A stretch of 64,000 bases of DNA from Octopus sinensis (Eukaryota), in NCBI RefSeq assembly GCF_006345805.1, contig NC_043003.1:25296001-25360000 (forward strand), given 5' to 3'. This document shows positions 36,861 to 48,615 of this stretch, piece by piece. The first letter of the stretch is position 1. Every line of letters begins with the position of its first letter. The notes below the pieces were generated by a model that saw nothing but the letters and a program-made list of their open reading frames with translations, was not told the DNA's origin and made no database searches. Position numbers and translations under genes: made by a program.

Positions 36861-36917
36861 CAGTTTGGGTTTTTTGCAGTTGTATAAGATAGTGTTGGGA
36901 GCTTATTTTGCCAAGGA

Positions 36918-37350
36918 TCATCATCATCATCATCGTTTAACGGCTGTTTTTCCATGTGGACATGAGTTGGTCAGCTTGACAGGAGCTGGCCAGCCAGAGA
37001 ACTATTCAGATTCCAATTGTCTGTTTTAGCATGGTTTCTATGGCTGGATGCCCTTCCTAATACCAACCACTTCACAGAGAGTTCTAGGTACTTTTTATGT
37101 GCCACCAGATGAGTGCATTTATGTAGCACTGGCATGAGTGCATTTTATGTAGCACCAGCACCTGCAAGACAAAGGGTTCTCAGCTGAGAGACAGAGTGGG
37201 GTCATGGCCATAAAGGATATACCTCTATGTATGGATGGCTATAATTTTACTTAGCTTGACGTGTCTTCTCAAGTACAGCAAATTGCCACAAGTTCCAGTC
37301 CCTTGTCATCTCTGCCATATGGCCCAGTGTCTGAAGATCCTTTCTCATCA
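36918..37350 (-). mobile_element. R1-related LINE 3' UTR variant
   Basis: (CAT)n-CGTTTAAC tail and GGCTGGATGCCCTTCCTAATACCAACCAC core. Confidence 0.7.
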
Positions 37351-37544
37351 CTTCATCCCTCATCTTCCACAGGTTCCCTCCATAGTTAGAGATTGGGTTC
37401 CCACCACAATTAGAGATTGAGGTCTCTCACATAGTAAAAGACAATCAGTGTAAATAAATCAAATGATTACTCAAAGAGAGTGTTTACCAATAGTTGTCAC
37501 ATAAATTTGAATTTTTTCCAGTGTAAATACATTTATAAAGAAAT

Positions 37545-37828
37545 TTAGTCATGGACTGGCTCCTGTGCAGGTGGCACGTAAAAAACACCATTTGAGCGTG
37601 ACTGTTGCCAGTACCACCTGACTGGCCCTCATGCCGGTGGCATGTAAAAGCACCCACTACACTCTTGGAGTGGTTGGCGTTAGGAAGGGCATCCAACTGT
37701 AGAAACTCTTCTAGATCAGATTGGATCCTGGTGCAGCCATCTGGTTCACCAGCCTTCAGTCAAATCATCCAACCCATGCTAGCATGGAAAGAGGACGTTA
37801 AAGGATGATGATGATGATGATGATGATG
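37545..37828 (+). mobile_element. R1 LINE 3' UTR fragment, inverted relative to 36232
   Basis: GTTGGCGTTAGGAAGGGCATCC core and GACGTTAAAGG(ATG)n tail. Confidence 0.85.
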
Positions 37829-38169
37829 AGATTTAATGGAAATAAGGTTTCTATCCTGACTGAGTATATCTGTGTAAGATGTTTCTTTTAGACAATGATT
37901 TACAATGGTTCATAAGGACATGGTTTTTATTGTGTTAAAAATGTTTATGGCAAAATAATCAACTAATTTAAACAGTGGTGGTGCCCCAGCATGGCCACGG
38001 CCTTCAGGCTAAAACATTTTTAAGGATTTAATTTGGGATAATAGTTTGTCACAGGTTATCAATAGTAATATGATTTCTCTCCAATGCAAATATTTATATA
38101 GCAAAAATGAAATAGCTACTTTAAGGGAAAAAGTACATGTAAATTTTTTTAACTATCTTTTGGTAGAAA

Positions 38170-39303
38170 TTATATTAGTGACTGTTCCTCTCTTGTGTGG
38201 ATACTTCTGTGTTTGGTTACTTGAAATCTATAAGAGAATGGTTTACCACAGATATCACAGCTATGTGGCTTCAAACCTGTATGAATTTTTTTATGTCTAG
38301 TTACATGTCTTCTTTCAGAAAAGGATTTACCACAGATATCACAGCTATATGGCCTCTCTCCTGTGTGAATATGTTGGTGTGTAGTTAAATGACTCCTTTG
38401 AGTAAATGAATTACCACAGATATCACAGTTATATGGCTTCTCTCCTGTGTGAACAATTTGATGTGTTTTTAAGTGACCTTTTTGAGAAAATGATTTGTCA
38501 CATATGTCACACTGAAAGGGTTTCTCACCAGTATGAATACGTACGTGTTTTGTTAAGGAACTTCTTTCAGAGAATGCTTTACCACAGGTATCACACTGAA
38601 ATGGTTTCTCTACTGTATGAATTCGTATGTGTTCAGTTAAGATATTCATATGAGAGAATAATTTACCACAGATATCACAGTGATATCGTTCTTCTCCTTG
38701 AATACATTTGTGTGAAGTTAGGTAACGTTTTTGAGAGAATGATTTTTCACAGATATCACAGTGATATGGCTTCTTCCCTGTATGAATTCGTTTGTGTTTA
38801 GTCACTTGGTTTGTATCAGTAAATGATTTACCGCAGATATCACAGCTATATGGCTTCTCTCCTGTATGCATATATTTGTGTGTAGTTAAAACAGTTTTTT
38901 GAGAAAACGATTTACCACATACATCACAGTGATATGGCTTCTCGTCTGTATGAATACGTTTATGTATAGTTAAGGAACTTTTCTGTGAAAATAATTTATC
39001 ACATATATCACACTGATATGGTTTCTCTCCTGTATGAATCAGTACATGCTTACTTAAGTTACTTTTTTCTGAGAATGATTTACCACAGATATCACAGTGA
39101 TATGGATGCTTTCCTGTATGAATGTATTGGTGCGTAGTTAAGTAACGTTTCTGAGCAAATGATTTATTGCATGTGTCACAGTGATACGGTTTCTCTCCAG
39201 TATGAATACGTACGTGTTTAATTAAGTTACATTTTTCAGAGAATGATTTACCACAGGTATCACAGTGATATGGTTTTTCTCTAGTGTGAGATAAACTGCT
39301 CAT
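38170..39303 (-). CDS. ZNF-4: C2H2 zinc-finger protein, 377 aa, 13 finger units (unit 7 has H>Q)
   Basis: Uninterrupted ATG-initiated ORF with tandem fingers. Confidence 0.92.
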   Translation of the reverse strand: MSSLSHTREKPYHCDTCGKSFSEKCNLIKHVRIHTGEKPYHCDTCNKSFAQKRYLTTHQYIHTGKHPYHCDICGKSFSEKSNLSKHVLIHTGEKPYQCDICDKLFSQKSSLTIHKRIHTDEKPYHCDVCGKSFSQKTVLTTHKYMHTGEKPYSCDICGKSFTDTNQVTKHKRIHTGKKPYHCDICEKSFSQKRYLTSHKCIQGEERYHCDICGKLFSHMNILTEHIRIHTVEKPFQCDTCGKAFSERSSLTKHVRIHTGEKPFQCDICDKSFSQKGHLKTHQIVHTGEKPYNCDICGNSFTQRSHLTTHQHIHTGERPYSCDICGKSFSERRHVTRHKKIHTGLKPHSCDICGKPFSYRFQVTKHRSIHTREEQSLI

Positions 39304-39518
39304 AGCAAATATTTCACCAGAAATGTTTTATAAAGTATTGGTTTTTGTCAACTAATTTATCTCAAATAACTCAATTCTTGATGCATTCATTTGTGCTTAA
39401 TTAATTGATTTTCACATTAATGTTAAAGAGAGATGATTTATTCACTTTCACTTCAGTGTCTGCTTCATTACTTCTTTGTTGTATACAATTTCATCTCAAA
39501 GCTCTCTGGTTTGATAAC

Positions 39519-39535
39519 CTGAAATAAGAAATAAT
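39519..39535 (-). promoter_or_regulatory. Putative splice acceptor, ZNF-4 (TTTCTTATTTCAG|GTTATC)
   Basis: Homologous junction CAG|GTTATC, also present in ZNF-5 and ZNF-6. Confidence 0.65.
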
Positions 39536-40329
39536 ATATATATAACAGAAAATTATTTGAAAGATGGGTGGGGGGGAAGATATTGATTCCTAAAGATTAT
39601 CAACATGATTCAGTTTCATAAATGAGTTACACTAATTTAGCCTGCTGTTAATTGATTTGTAGAAATTAGCAATATTGATCTATTATTTTAGACAAATCAT
39701 GCCTTCACCTAGCTGAGTATTACACCACATATACAGACAGGCAGTGATTAGTCATATTGAAGAATGGCATAAGAGTCTGGACATGCCACACTCTCTCTCC
39801 TGCTTCATCTGTATCTGTACATTGGTAGATTCTGGTGTTAGCCACGAGCAGACTAAGTTGGGATGAAACAATTGTTATTCCTCTACATTGAATGCAGTCA
39901 TCATTGGTAATGTACATCTAAGCATACTGTTTAGCTTAATGAAGCCATTGATTCTGGTGTTATATTTGTGTATTAATGTTTCTAATGATTGTTGGGGCTA
40001 AGTGAGTAAGGTATGTTCTTTGGATGGTGGTGTTGCAATATTTTGAGGTGTTATAGAAAAGTGTCTTTGTTTGAGGGTAATTTTTTTTTATGTAGTGAAG
40101 GTGACTGTGATGGCTAAAATGTACCGTGTCAAATAAATTACACTTCTTGGATGTCAGCATGATCTTTTCTTTTGAATATTTATTTCTGTTGTGTAGTGGT
40201 AGCTGGTGTGCAGTCTATAAGGACGAAAAGTACATTGCTTTGTGTTGTTTATAGTTTATTGAGGAAAGAGTTGAGGTAGCACTTGCATAATCTATGATGG
40301 ATCTATTGTATTTTTTATTTTTTACTTGC

Positions 40330-41090
40330 TGAGTCTAGAAGGCAGGGCTATTCCTATGACTACTGCAGACTCTCCAAAACTATTCCATTTAAACTGTTGC
40401 AAGTCAACACCTGTAGGAAGGACATGAGCAGGGAGGGGATTCTAGAGGAGTGATGTTCTGGAAATGAAGGATTGGACAGAGTAGGTAGTGTAGGTGTTTG
40501 AGTCATGGAGATATGAGATCAGCCAGCCCTGAGGAAAAGAGGCCATTATAGTAGCAATAGAAAATACAGAACAGGAGGTTGCATGTTGGTGGGTCAAAGG
40601 CTGGAGTGTATCTACTAATGATGGAGTGCTAATCAGCCAAGTGGCCCTTGTCTGGATGCGATCCAGAATGTCAGTGTGTTTAAAAGCAATATATTGTCTC
40701 TGGTTTGGGAGTAGTCCTCACTCGAGCATTGTAGAGTGCCAGCAGTTATTGGGGACTGAAATATCTTCTGACCCTTAAGAGAAGGGTCAGTCTTTGAGAT
40801 GCAGTCCTAGCTATGTTAATGATGTGCTTTCATCAGGAGAGATCTTTGGTAGTATTAAGACCCAGCATTTAGAGTAACTGTGACAGCGCTAGGTGAGTGC
40901 CATTCATGTTCAGTGTAGGTGTGGTGCAATGGTAGTTGATATAAGTTGCACTTAAGTTTCTTTACTGTTAAAAGAGACACAGTTGGCATAACTCCACTGG
41001 AGGATGCTCTAAAGATCTCCATCAATAAACTTCATGCAAGTTTGGCACATGATTAAGTTGCATGTGGATGATGCATAGTTAAAGAATGTT
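40330..41090 (-). mobile_element. Degenerate CR1/Jockey-like LINE, RT C-terminal part
   Basis: The minus strand reads LQWSYANCVSFNSKETQVQLI and LLRVRRYFSPQ*LLALYNARVR...LDRIQTRATWLI. Confidence 0.7.
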
Positions 41091-42288
41091 CATTAAATTG
41101 ACCAAATATGTTTTGAATCTAAGCCACAAATGTTCCAAGAGTGTAATTCTTTTAACAGTAAAATCCCAATTAAAATATTTCTCAAATTAACCAGCTTTAT
41201 AAGTTTATAATCTGGGTACAATACTCACAGAACACCAACGCCACTGCTAATTAGGTCAGCTAGATAACAGAAGTTATCAATTGCTTCTAGAAATGCTCCA
41301 CACATTAGAGAGAATCTGTTTTTCGTGAGCACCTAGTACTTGGTGCAATTGCTGCATACAAAGCCTACTTTCATTATTAGCCAGCCTATGATCCCACTAA
41401 CATTTCTTGTGCATTCAATGTTTAAACTGAGCACACTCTTGTGTTATTTCTGCCACCTCCTTTCCTACATATCAAGCACAGCCGTTTTCCTAGTGTTTAG
41501 CTACTTACTAAAACTTAAGTCTTTGCTAAGTTTAAGTACTTTCAATTACAGTAAGAAACCATCAGTATACGGAAGTTCTTATGTACAGCCGGTCTTAAAA
41601 CACTTTTTGTTGAGGTTCTTGGGGATTACAATGATTACAACGAATGCAAACAAAATATACTTCAAATGCAAAACACTATCCACGCACACACGCATCCCCT
41701 AATCTTCATCGCGCTAATTTTTTATTTAAAAAAGGTTTTGGCAGATACTTAATACCTGATGTTCGAAAATTTTTTCTTTTTTCTTTTTTTGAAAAAGCAT
41801 AATAAAAAGAGAGGGGTTGTTATAAATACGATTAAACGAAAAAGCCGCACAAATGTATAGTAATGTACACATTTGTAAAAGCAGAAATAAATAAAAAAAT
41901 CGTAAGGTAATGCAGAGAGATAAAAAAAAAAAGGATCAGATGTATTTAAGGACATACCAGACGTACCCCAACTTCAATAGCGTTTATTCAAGGTAAAAAA
42001 GTTTTAAGTGCATTACAGCTTATGGGGAAACCCAATATCGCATAGACCTGGTGTGATTTTATGAGACATTTTTTAGTGGGGAAAAAGTGTCATCAAATAA
42101 AGTAATAAGAGAATTATACAGTTTAGACCCAACTAATCCATCCAAACATCAGCTTTACTCTCGTAGGCTCGCTGCTTTCTTTATTTCCCTTTTTATTTAT
42201 CTTTCTTGGTAAAATACACATAAAAAGGACACTGACGATGTTGATACATTAAACAGACTATAAACATTGATGCATTAATAACACTTAC

Positions 42289-42522
42289 AAATAAACGGAG
42301 TCCGAAAGTGATATCAAGGCGATGTCCTGAATACAGTCTGATTTAGTCTACAAGAGTACACTAACCCCCGCGAGACTCAAGTTTCTGATCTTGAAAATTT
42401 CTTTATATACGACAGATCATAAAGAAGAGACCATCAGAATTCATACAGCTAATTATTAAAGACCTCTACCTCAGATAAATCTCATACCTAATGTTTACAA
42501 TAAACAAGGGAACCAACTCTGT
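42289..42522 (-). promoter_or_regulatory. Promoter motif and putative non-coding exon 1 of ZNF-4
   Basis: AAGGGAACCAACTCTGT at 42506-42522 and donor TTTATTT|GTAAGTG (GT at 42288-42287). Flanks are homologous to the 28.6 and 32.8 kb cassettes. Confidence 0.65.
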
Positions 42523-42922
42523 CATTATCTGAGAGAGAGAATGCGTGTGTTTGAGTGAAAGTGACGTAGGTAAACGGCAGAGTCCTTCTATTCTTCACTT
42601 CAGGATCAATGAAATTTGTATCTAGAGAACATCACAGATAGCTAAAGGCAACGTGTTTAGTTTTAGTCTAAAAACACAATTAACTATTGTTGTTGATGCT
42701 TAACCTAAGGTCAACTCTAGAGTCGGACTGTGATTCAAAGTATTTTTTTCGTAGCTATTCTACCACTTTTTAGAAATTAAATTAATAAGTACGTACTTCT
42801 GAGATGTTAGAACAGTACTTCTCAAACTTTTATTTTTTACTATCACTAAATATTAAATATACTACAAAAGATTGCTATCGAGAAGATTGCCATTAAAAGA
42901 CAGCACATAAGTCATTTCATCA

Positions 42923-43317
42923 ACTAGTAGTATCGCCCGGCGTTGCTCGAGTATGTTTTGACCCTTTAGAATTGGAATTTTTGAAAAGTAAAAAATTTTC
43001 ATTATGTAGCTCGTTATTCTCTTTAAGTGAACATTTTTCTGGTTGAAATACACCGAAAAATGGCGACACAGCAGTCAAAAAATCGTAAAAAATAGGGATT
43101 TTCATAGAAAAAAAGCACCTTTTTTATGTAAATAATTTTTGGTGTTAACATGGTCCGATTTGAATTTTTTTCTTCTACAGAAGGAAGAGCAAGCCTTCTT
43201 CTATCATACTCTCAATTTTGGTCAACTTGCACCGCAGGGTCTTGGAGGAGATAGTGTTAGTTGAAGGCTACCAAACCTGCCATACACAGACAACTTCAGC
43301 TTTATATATAGAGAGAT
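42923..43317 (+). mobile_element. Helentron/HINE-like element
   Basis: 5' ACTAGTAGTATCGCCCGGCGTTGCTCG and 3' CACAGACAAC...GCTTTATATATAGAGAGAT. Confidence 0.7.
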
Positions 43318-43959
43318 TTATATTATGTCAAAACAACATTCCAAATGCTAATACAACCAGATGATTCGCACACAATAAAAAATTGAAAATGCTTTTGAAA
43401 ATAAGGTAATTAAAAGATGCATCTATTGCCTCCTTTATCTCCAGCACCCATATAAAATATTCCATGCCACATTACCAGCTGAGGTGCTGCCCACTTTTCT
43501 GAAGCACTGTGTTAGTGATTTGAACGGGGAATTGGATGCTATTTCTAGCATGTTGATGTAGATGTTCCTTCATTTGGGTCATTTAAAATTCTTAATGTTA
43601 GGATTAACATGTTGAATATTCAATAGGAGAAAGAATCAACTTTATCAAAATCCGTTTACGCCATAAATAATCTTGAAGTATAGGGACGATAATTAGCTTA
43701 TTTCAATGTTTGGCTTATATTTGCAATGAAACAAGATATTAAAAAAAATAATCTACCGTTAGATACACTGGAGCAAGACATGGTGCTCTGACTTCTTAGA
43801 TTCGGCAGAATCATCCAATCCATGCCAGTATTGAGAACAGACATAAAAGGAAGAACATGAAAGAAAAAGTTATGTAAAATTTTTAGCCAGAATATATTGC
43901 AAAATTAAAATTAAAATGAGGTTCCTCTGAAGAATCTCTGGAATAATGTTACTTGACAG

Positions 43960-44255
43960 GATGCATAGCTGAAAGATCAGGGAGTTTTTCCCGGTTGAGC
44001 CTCTTTTCTCCACAATGAGAGGTCACAGCTCTGGGTACTATGGATAAGTGATTAGAATGTCACAGGAAATAATCATAAGATAGATTCTTCAAGCCAAGCC
44101 AACCAGCAGGAGATTTAAGGGTGGTCCAAGAATGAGATGGTCGAATAATATCCAGTCTCACTTGGGAAACCAACCAGAAAGTCTAATGATGTTTGCTTCT
44201 GATAGGACACTATGGAGAGATGCCTGAGGTATCTACCCAACAGCCCTCTCAGGAA
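43960..44255 (+). mobile_element. RTE LINE C-terminal fragment (family R3)
   Basis: Homologous to 46246-46545 (GAGAGGTCACAGCTCTGG, CTTCAAGCCAAG, GACACTATGGA). Confidence 0.65.
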
Positions 44256-44765
44256 TAGTAGGCAGAGATAGGTGGGTGGAAAATTAAAATGATTAAAGGG
44301 AAATAATTTCAATGGGCCAATACTATTTCTTACTCCTCTGCATGTAAAAATTTATCCAAGGATTTGCAAACTTTCTTAGACTGTACTATGTTGTTGAGGC
44401 CTAATAAACTGAAACATGTTCATAGTTGTCCTTCATCTACAAATAAAATAAGAGGGTGTAGTTTTATACTCAATTACTTATGTTATTGAAACTGGGACAT
44501 GCTCCAGTCAAATAATCTTGTAGACTCGATACATTTTTTCTTTTTTTATATTTGCAATTGATGGAATCTTATAAGATATTGCAGTAGAATCTTCAGAACA
44601 AATAAAAAGTCACTCGCAAAAAAAAAAAAAAAAGGTAAGGAAAAAATTATGCAAAATGATGAGTTACAAATTTATTTGATAATTCACAATATAGAAATAG
44701 TTATTATTAGGTTTACAATGTTATTACATCATTCATTGTAAGGCTTTAATGGAATGGTAACTATT

Positions 44766-45268
44766 ATCTATATATATAAAACTGTAGTTGTGTGAGTGTC
44801 TGTCTCCTACGATTTAGATTCCTAACTACTCCCACATTTTGCGGTGCAGTTTAACCAAATTCGGGTATCTTATAGTCGTGATTCATATCGAGCCCGTCTG
44901 AGTATTAGCACGCGTCTACGATGAGTCTACGATTTTAAAAATAATTTAACATCATTTTTTATTCCATTTTAATGCATAATTTTTCGTGTGTCGATGGCGG
45001 TGGAGTTGGCGTCCACACTCACAGCTGCACCTGTTTGCTTCTCCCCTCCCTCATGAAGCTGTGGGAAAGGGAGTGTAAGGAAATCAACGTCGTAAAGCGT
45101 TGTCAAGGAGACCAGCGTTCTTTTAGAACGACTTCATGGCTTGAAGACACCAAAACAGAAATGGCTAAGAAAGCCCAAATTGGCATCTATAAGGGAAGTA
45201 ACTCTCTAAAACTGCTTATATAGTTATTTCCCTTACAAACCCGAGCAACGCCGGGCGATACTGCTAGT
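44766..45268 (-). mobile_element. Helentron/HINE-like element with the same termini as 42923 but a different interior
   Basis: On the minus strand it starts ACTAGCAGTATCGCCCGGCGTTGCTCGGG and ends CAGTTTTATATATATAGAT. Confidence 0.7.
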
Positions 45269-45453
45269 TAGTAATAAAATAATGATACACATGTCTATTT
45301 GTAATTAGACTAGGAGTTAAAAATAATCTACTGTTAATTTACATTAGATTAACTTGGGCAACTAAAGTCTTGTGAGTGGATTTGGTTGAAGGCAGTCTGT
45401 CTATATGCCTGCCTACCTACCTGTGAGAGAAAAAAAAAGGATGTAAGATCCTA

Positions 45454-45688
45454 CCTAAGCCATAGGCTCATAAGGCCAGTTTCCTGGTTTCTGTGGCATA
45501 TACATTCCCTGCTGGATGGGATACCAGTCCAGCACAGGATTACTCATTTTTGCCTGCTGAGTGGCCTGGAGCAATGTGAAATGGAGTGTTCTGCTCAAGA
45601 ATACACCACATTGGCCAGTCCAGGAAATGAAACCACAAACTTATGGTCATAGGTGCAATGCCCTTGACCACTAAGCTGCATGCCTCCA
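45454..45688 (-). mobile_element. tRNA-derived SINE, family E2
   Basis: Reverse-complement homologue of 5757-6004. Confidence 0.75.
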
Positions 45689-45769
45689 CATCTATCTATA
45701 TATATATACATGTGTGTGTATGTCTACAAGTAATGATACCATGTGATAGTTTAATAGTAAAGATGCATT

Positions 45770-45960
45770 ACCATCATACAAGCAATATCACTTGTTTTCA
45801 ATTTTCTGTTAAAACATGCCTGGCAATGGGGAAATATTGCATTGCTTGGAAATAAGGGTTGATGGCAAGAAGGGCATCCAGCTGTATAAAATCTTTCTAA
45901 ATGAATTCCATCTGATCCATGCAAGAATGGAAAAGTGGACATTTAAAACAATGATGAATA
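45770..45960 (+). mobile_element. R1-related LINE 3' tail variant
   Basis: AAGAAGGGCATCCAGCTGTA core and GCAAGAATGGAAAAGTGGACATTTAAAACAATGATG tail. Confidence 0.6.
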
Positions 45961-46245
45961 CTGTCCCATATTTTAAACAGCAAATCACTTTTGTGTGAAA
46001 GGCAACCTTTTATAAAGATTATTTAGGCCTTACTAAATGAATAAAGAAACATATTATGAAGAGTGATGAAGTGATTTATCAGGATGCATGGATTGATGAC
46101 AAAAATTGAGATCAGTGATTGTATGATGTCTAATAGATTTGTCCAACTCATGATACAGAAAAACTGAAGTTCACACATTGATGAGGACAATGATTCACAA
46201 CTTATATTTTTTTATTAACTAAATATTAAAACATAAAAGTTTACA

Positions 46246-46545
46246 TTGTTTAACCACAGGGTCTCTGGAGTAACATTATTCAACAGGGCTCACAGCTCGG
46301 AGATCAGGGATTCTTTCCAGGTTCAGCCACTATTTCTCCACACTGAGAGGTCACAGCTCTGGTACTATGGACATGTGATCAGAATGTTCTGGGAAAGAAT
46401 CACAAGGCAGACTCTTCAAGCCAAGACAACTGGCAGACACAGTTGGTCACATTTGGGAATCCAGCAGGAAAGTCTGAGGATGGTTGCTTCTGAGATGACA
46501 CTATGGAAGAGGTGCCTGAGGACTTTAACTGGTGGCTTCTGAGGG
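46246..46545 (+). mobile_element. RTE LINE C-terminal fragment (family R3)
   Basis: Translates to HTERSQLWYYGHVIRMFWERITRQTLQAK, the RTE LRWxGHVxRM motif. Confidence 0.75.
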
Positions 46546-47379
46546 AGATGGACTGAAGTTGTCAAGCCTCATGGCATTGTTGATCTGGAGTGACTGGCAT
46601 TTTTTTTTTGTACTTGACATGTATATGTGAATGGTAGAAAGGATAGGAAAAGTATGCAATGGTGAGTTGGATGCAAACTGGGCAGCAAATATGGAAATTT
46701 CCACAGAGCCATCAAAGTTAAGGGGTAGTGAATAGGATTGAGGATTCTACAAACTTGGTAGAAATTCTTTATGAAAGGACCAGTACTAAATACAGTCTAA
46801 GAGGCTAGTAAGCTTCAGGCTGGGAAATGAGCAAAAGGTATTTTGCTTTATGGCTAGTAGTCTTGCATGAGGTGCAGAAGTGTGTGAAATTCATCCAGCA
46901 AGTGGAGGTCAATGACTTATTTTCAGGCATTGTTAACTATGTTCCTTGCCAGAAGTGTGGCAGTGCAACTTTGTGTGAACCATTTGGATGATTTAAGTTT
47001 ATAAGCTTTGGGATGTGTGGGATGTGGAAGGACATCCTTATGAGAATAGTTTCAATGACCTGCTTAGCTTTCTGGGATTGGTTACAGGTGCAAAATAATA
47101 CACAATCCAATATGTGCAGGGATGTCTGAATAAACTCATAACATGAGTAAAGACTACATGTAAAGAATGTTTAGACACAAATCTGATAGATATACAGTCA
47201 CTTCTCCATCTGTGGTTCAGAAAGATAATTTTGTTTTAGATAATAATTTACCATTGATAACCATATGTTTTTTCTCTCATGGGAACAACTCTATACCAAG
47301 TTACATGGCTACTTTTAGAGAACAAGTTCATGTGAATTAAAAAGAAAATCTGGGAGGATGATATGATTTAAAATGGACG

Positions 47380-48615
47380 TCAGAGGCTGTGTTTGTCTCC
47401 TGTATGAGTATGTTCATGTTTGATGACCTGATACCTATAGGAGAATGATTTACCACAAATATCACAGCAGTGTGGCTTCTCTCCTGAATGGATTTTCTTG
47501 TGTCTGGTTACGTGATTTCTTTCAGAAAATGATTTACCACAGATATCACAGCTATATGGTTTCTCTCCTGTATGAATATGTAGATGTGTTGTTAAGTGGC
47601 CACTTTGAGAAAATGATTTATCACATACTTCACACTGATAGGGTTTCTCTCCTGTATGAATACGTACATGTTTGCTTAGATTATTTCTTTCAGAAAATGC
47701 TTTACCACAAGTATCACACTTGTATGGTTTTTCACCTGTATGAATACGTACGTGTAACGTTAAGATGTATCTCTGAGCAAATGACTCACCACAGATATCA
47801 CAGTGATATGGCTTTTCTCCTCCATGAATAAATTTGTGTGAAGTTAAGTTACTTTTCCGAGAGAATGACTTATGACAGATATCACAGAGATATGGTTTTT
47901 CTCCTGTGTGAACCCGTTTGTGTTTGGTTACTTGGTGTGTATCAGTGAAGGTTTTACCACATATATCACAGTGATATGGTTTTTCTCCTGTATGTATGTA
48001 TTTATGTGTAGTTAAATGACATTTTCTAGAGAATGATTTACCACAAGTATCACAGTGATATGGTTTCTCTCCTGTATGTATAAATCTGTGTGCATTCAAG
48101 TGAGATTTTAGAAAGAATGATTTATCACAGATATCACAATGATATGGCATCTCTCCAGTATGAATGCGTCTGTGTTGGGTTACCTGGCTTTTATCAGTGA
48201 ATGCTTTATCACAGATATCACAGTGATATGGTTTCTCACCTGTATGAATATATTTATGTCTAGTTAAGCTGCATCTTTGGGAGAATTTTTTCCCACAGAC
48301 ATCACACTGAAGTGAGTTTTTTCCTGTATGAAACAATTTACATGATGTTAAAAGACTTCTTTGAGATAATGATTTATTACTAATATCGGATTTGTATGAT
48401 TTTTCTCCTGTATGAATACGTTTGTGTCGGGTTATTTGGCTTGTATCAGTGAATGACTTACCACAGATATCACAGTCATATGGCTTCTCTCCTGTATGAA
48501 TATATTTATGTCTAGTTAAGTGACTTACTCGAGAGAATGATTTACCACAGATTTCACAAAGATATTGTTTCTCTCCTGTCTGAAGAAATTCATGTTGAGC
48601 TAACAAACTACTCAT
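47380..48615 (-). CDS. ZNF-5: C2H2 zinc-finger protein, 411 aa from the first ATG, 14 finger units (unit 3 degenerate)
   Basis: The ORF-track start at 48696 is GTG. The first ATG is at 48615 (MSSLL), homologous to the MSSL starts of ZNF-3 and ZNF-4. Confidence 0.92.
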   Translation of the reverse strand: MSSLLAQHEFLQTGEKQYLCEICGKSFSRVSHLTRHKYIHTGEKPYDCDICGKSFTDTSQITRHKRIHTGEKSYKSDISNKSLSQRSLLTSCKLFHTGKNSLQCDVCGKKFSQRCSLTRHKYIHTGEKPYHCDICDKAFTDKSQVTQHRRIHTGEMPYHCDICDKSFFLKSHLNAHRFIHTGEKPYHCDTCGKSFSRKCHLTTHKYIHTGEKPYHCDICGKTFTDTHQVTKHKRVHTGEKPYLCDICHKSFSRKSNLTSHKFIHGGEKPYHCDICGESFAQRYILTLHVRIHTGEKPYKCDTCGKAFSERNNLSKHVRIHTGEKPYQCEVCDKSFSQSGHLTTHLHIHTGEKPYSCDICGKSFSERNHVTRHKKIHSGEKPHCCDICGKSFSYRYQVIKHEHTHTGDKHSL

